A stretch of DNA of 64,000 bases, taken from positions 1 to 64,000 of the forward strand of contig CAWGZR010000012.1 in the NCBI GenBank assembly GCA_963827165.1, in the 5' to 3' direction. The notes under the pieces are model-generated. The model was given only the letters and a program-made list of their open reading frames with translations. It was not told where the DNA came from and made no database searches. The first letter of the stretch is position 1. Every line of letters begins with the position of its first letter. Source of the stretch: Candidatus Bathyarchaeota archaeon (GTDB lineage Archaea > Thermoproteota > Bathyarchaeia > Bathyarchaeales > Bathycorpusculaceae). The position numbers and the translations under genes are program-made. This document shows, piece after piece, positions 62,451 to 64,000 of this stretch.

Positions 62451-62879
62451 TCAAGCCTTGCCTTCCCCCACTTGTCTTTGTTTGATAACTTCTATCATTT
62501 TTGGCAAAAACTCGATAAACTGCTCTTTCTCCGCATAAATCGATTTTTCAACTACCTCAATCAAGTTGTTAACTAAGATTCTACAGGCTCGTGTAACAGC
62601 CTGTAACTTGTATTCAGTGACCACATGAGTAAACGTGCTCCAGGCTTCTGCTTTCCCAGAATCGAAGAGAAAAATAACATTGCCCTTGATTTCGCCATGA
62701 ACGCTTTTCGATGTATCCGGTTTCCACAGAACAATCAAGCTTATGCCTAACTGATCGAGGCAATCCTGCATCTGCTTCTGAACTAAAGCAAATTGAGCTT
62801 TGGTCTTTCTTATGTTGACGCCTTTAATAGCGGAGTTTGAGAACGTATCTCGACCCTGAACTTCAACCATAACTTTCAA
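62451..62879 (-). CDS. Hypothetical protein, possibly degenerate zincin-like
   Basis: HGEIK..VIFLFD....AW.TF.HVV.E; tightly packed with the upstream ORFs. Confidence 0.5.
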   Translation of the reverse strand: MKVMVEVQGRDTFSNSAIKGVNIRKTKAQFALVQKQMQDCLDQLGISLIVLWKPDTSKSVHGEIKGNVIFLFDSGKAEAWSTFTHVVTEYKLQAVTRACRILVNNLIEVVEKSIYAEKEQFIEFLPKMIEVIKQRQVGEGKA

Positions 62880-63166
62880 GGTGCCTCCTTATCGTCATGG
62901 CTATGTATGTCAGTGAAGGATGGTTGAAAAGACGCGTTTGTGAAGGTTCGCTTTAGTGCCTGGTAGCAATTCTCACAGCGTCTAAGTATGTCTTTTTGAG
63001 GCGTCATGATTTGCTTTGTGACTGCTAAAGCTCCGCAATCTTCGCATTTTTCGCCGCTTGGAAGCTCTTTAACGTAAAATATAGGCTTTTGCTTATTTGC
63101 TTCGTTTTCGTTACTGTTTCTTTTGATTGCCTTCGCCGAATATAAGCGAATTGCCGCTGTTTTCAT
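62876..63166 (-). CDS. Small zinc-finger protein
   Basis: CEDC...CENC. Confidence 0.5.
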   Translation of the reverse strand: MKTAAIRLYSAKAIKRNSNENEANKQKPIFYVKELPSGEKCEDCGALAVTKQIMTPQKDILRRCENCYQALKRTFTNASFQPSFTDIHSHDDKEAP

Positions 63167-64000
63167 TCTTCTCTGAAACTACGGGGTTTACTGGCTCTTG
63201 CTTTTCTGGTTTGCCGTTTGTGCCGTCTTTGCCGACCTCAGAAAAGGAATCCCTGCCCTCCGCTTGCTCAGTTCTTTCCGTTTCATGGGGTGGGTGTTCT
63301 TTTTTAGCGTCGGCAAGGCAGGCAAGAGCGGCAAAACCGTTAGTTACCTTATGTGCTTCCACCAGTTTTGCCGTTTGATAGTATCCTCGATTGACTTTTA
63401 CCAAGCCTTCAGTTTGAAGAATAGCCATGAGAGGGCGGAGCTGGTTTTTCTCTGTCAGCTCAAATTTGGCTTTGATTTGCTCTTGTGTTGTGCCGCCGGA
63501 GAGCAAGATGAACTTTAGGATTTCAATTAACTTTTCAGTCTCTATGGGTTCCTTTGTCAACTGCCCTTGAATTCTCCGCAGCAGCAATTCTACATCTTCA
63601 AGCGTTAGCCGCTCCATGTGTTCGGTTTGCGCTAGGGCGTTTAGACCTGCTCGGCTGTACTCCTCTTCTAAGGTTTCGCAAACGAGCGCAACGTGGTCTT
63701 TTGTTACGATTAGCTGGGTGAAGTCTTCTGTTGACAGCGTGAGGTAAGCCATTGAGACGCTTAGGCGTGCCAGCTTCCATTTCATGTCCGCGGAGATTAT
63801 AGGGATTTTGTCATAGTGGAACTTGTTCATTAACTCTGTTGCTTTTTCAAGTAGGTATGCCTGAGCATCTGGCGTCCATGTGATTTGAGTCTTGGCGATC
63901 CATGCCCATTTGAGCGCTTCAGCCAGCAACTCCAGTTCTGGTTCATGTTTAGCGTCGGTTGCTTTGTTGATTTGCTCAGGCGTTACATCCCGTTGGTCTG
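63111..64000 (-). CDS. C-terminal part of an MCM-like AAA+ protein with probable winged helix; 5' end outside the window
   Basis: Frame open to the window edge; KLARLSVSMAYL....VTKDHVALV resembles the MCM lid (LIRLSEA.A....VT.EDV). Confidence 0.55.
   Translation of the reverse strand, partial: DQRDVTPEQINKATDAKHEPELELLAEALKWAWIAKTQITWTPDAQAYLLEKATELMNKFHYDKIPIISADMKWKLARLSVSMAYLTLSTEDFTQLIVTKDHVALVCETLEEEYSRAGLNALAQTEHMERLTLEDVELLLRRIQGQLTKEPIETEKLIEILKFILLSGGTTQEQIKAKFELTEKNQLRPLMAILQTEGLVKVNRGYYQTAKLVEAHKVTNGFAALACLADAKKEHPPHETERTEQAEGRDSFSEVGKDGTNGKPEKQEPVNPVVSEKNENSGNSLIFGEGNQKKQ

Noticed and set aside
1-64000. CRISPR arrays, rRNA genes, transposases, and the many short antisense ORFs of the track
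   Set aside because: No spaced direct repeats, rRNA-like sequence or transposase motifs seen; antisense ORFs overlap well-supported genes

Overview
Archaeal chromosomal segment, shown by an A/V-type ATP synthase, a group II chaperonin, Trm-G10, an archaeal MtaB, a pyruvoyl arginine decarboxylase and a PEF-CTERM sorting signal. Gene content and style suggest Bathyarchaeia, but that is an inference not verified by phylogeny. Main blocks: (1) an A1Ao ATP synthase cluster in which subunit I is inverted; (2) a Tat-exported gluconate-2-dehydrogenase-like GMC pair without a cytochrome c subunit, converging on a complete heme-copper oxygen reductase operon (II-I-III-IV, ligand-less cupredoxin, ctaB, blue copper protein) whose subunit I lacks the K-channel lysine; (3) a nitrogen/amino-acid region with a polar amino-acid ABC transporter, two Amt without GlnK, PdaD, and lysine 2,3-aminomutase coupled to an EctA-like rather than AblB acetyltransferase; (4) housekeeping genes, including an unannotated CdrS-like RHH gene followed by what looks like a C-terminal FtsZ remnant; (5) from a degenerate tRNA 3' fragment at ~55.0 kb to the window end, a probable integrated element carrying a DUF420-like gene, a 1403-aa polyferredoxin membrane protein fused to a MacB/FtsX permease, an atypical cupredoxin and an MCM-like gene. 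Four genes carry single-base frameshifts, mostly in homopolymers, which may be sequencing errors. All family calls come from motif recognition by eye; no searches were run.
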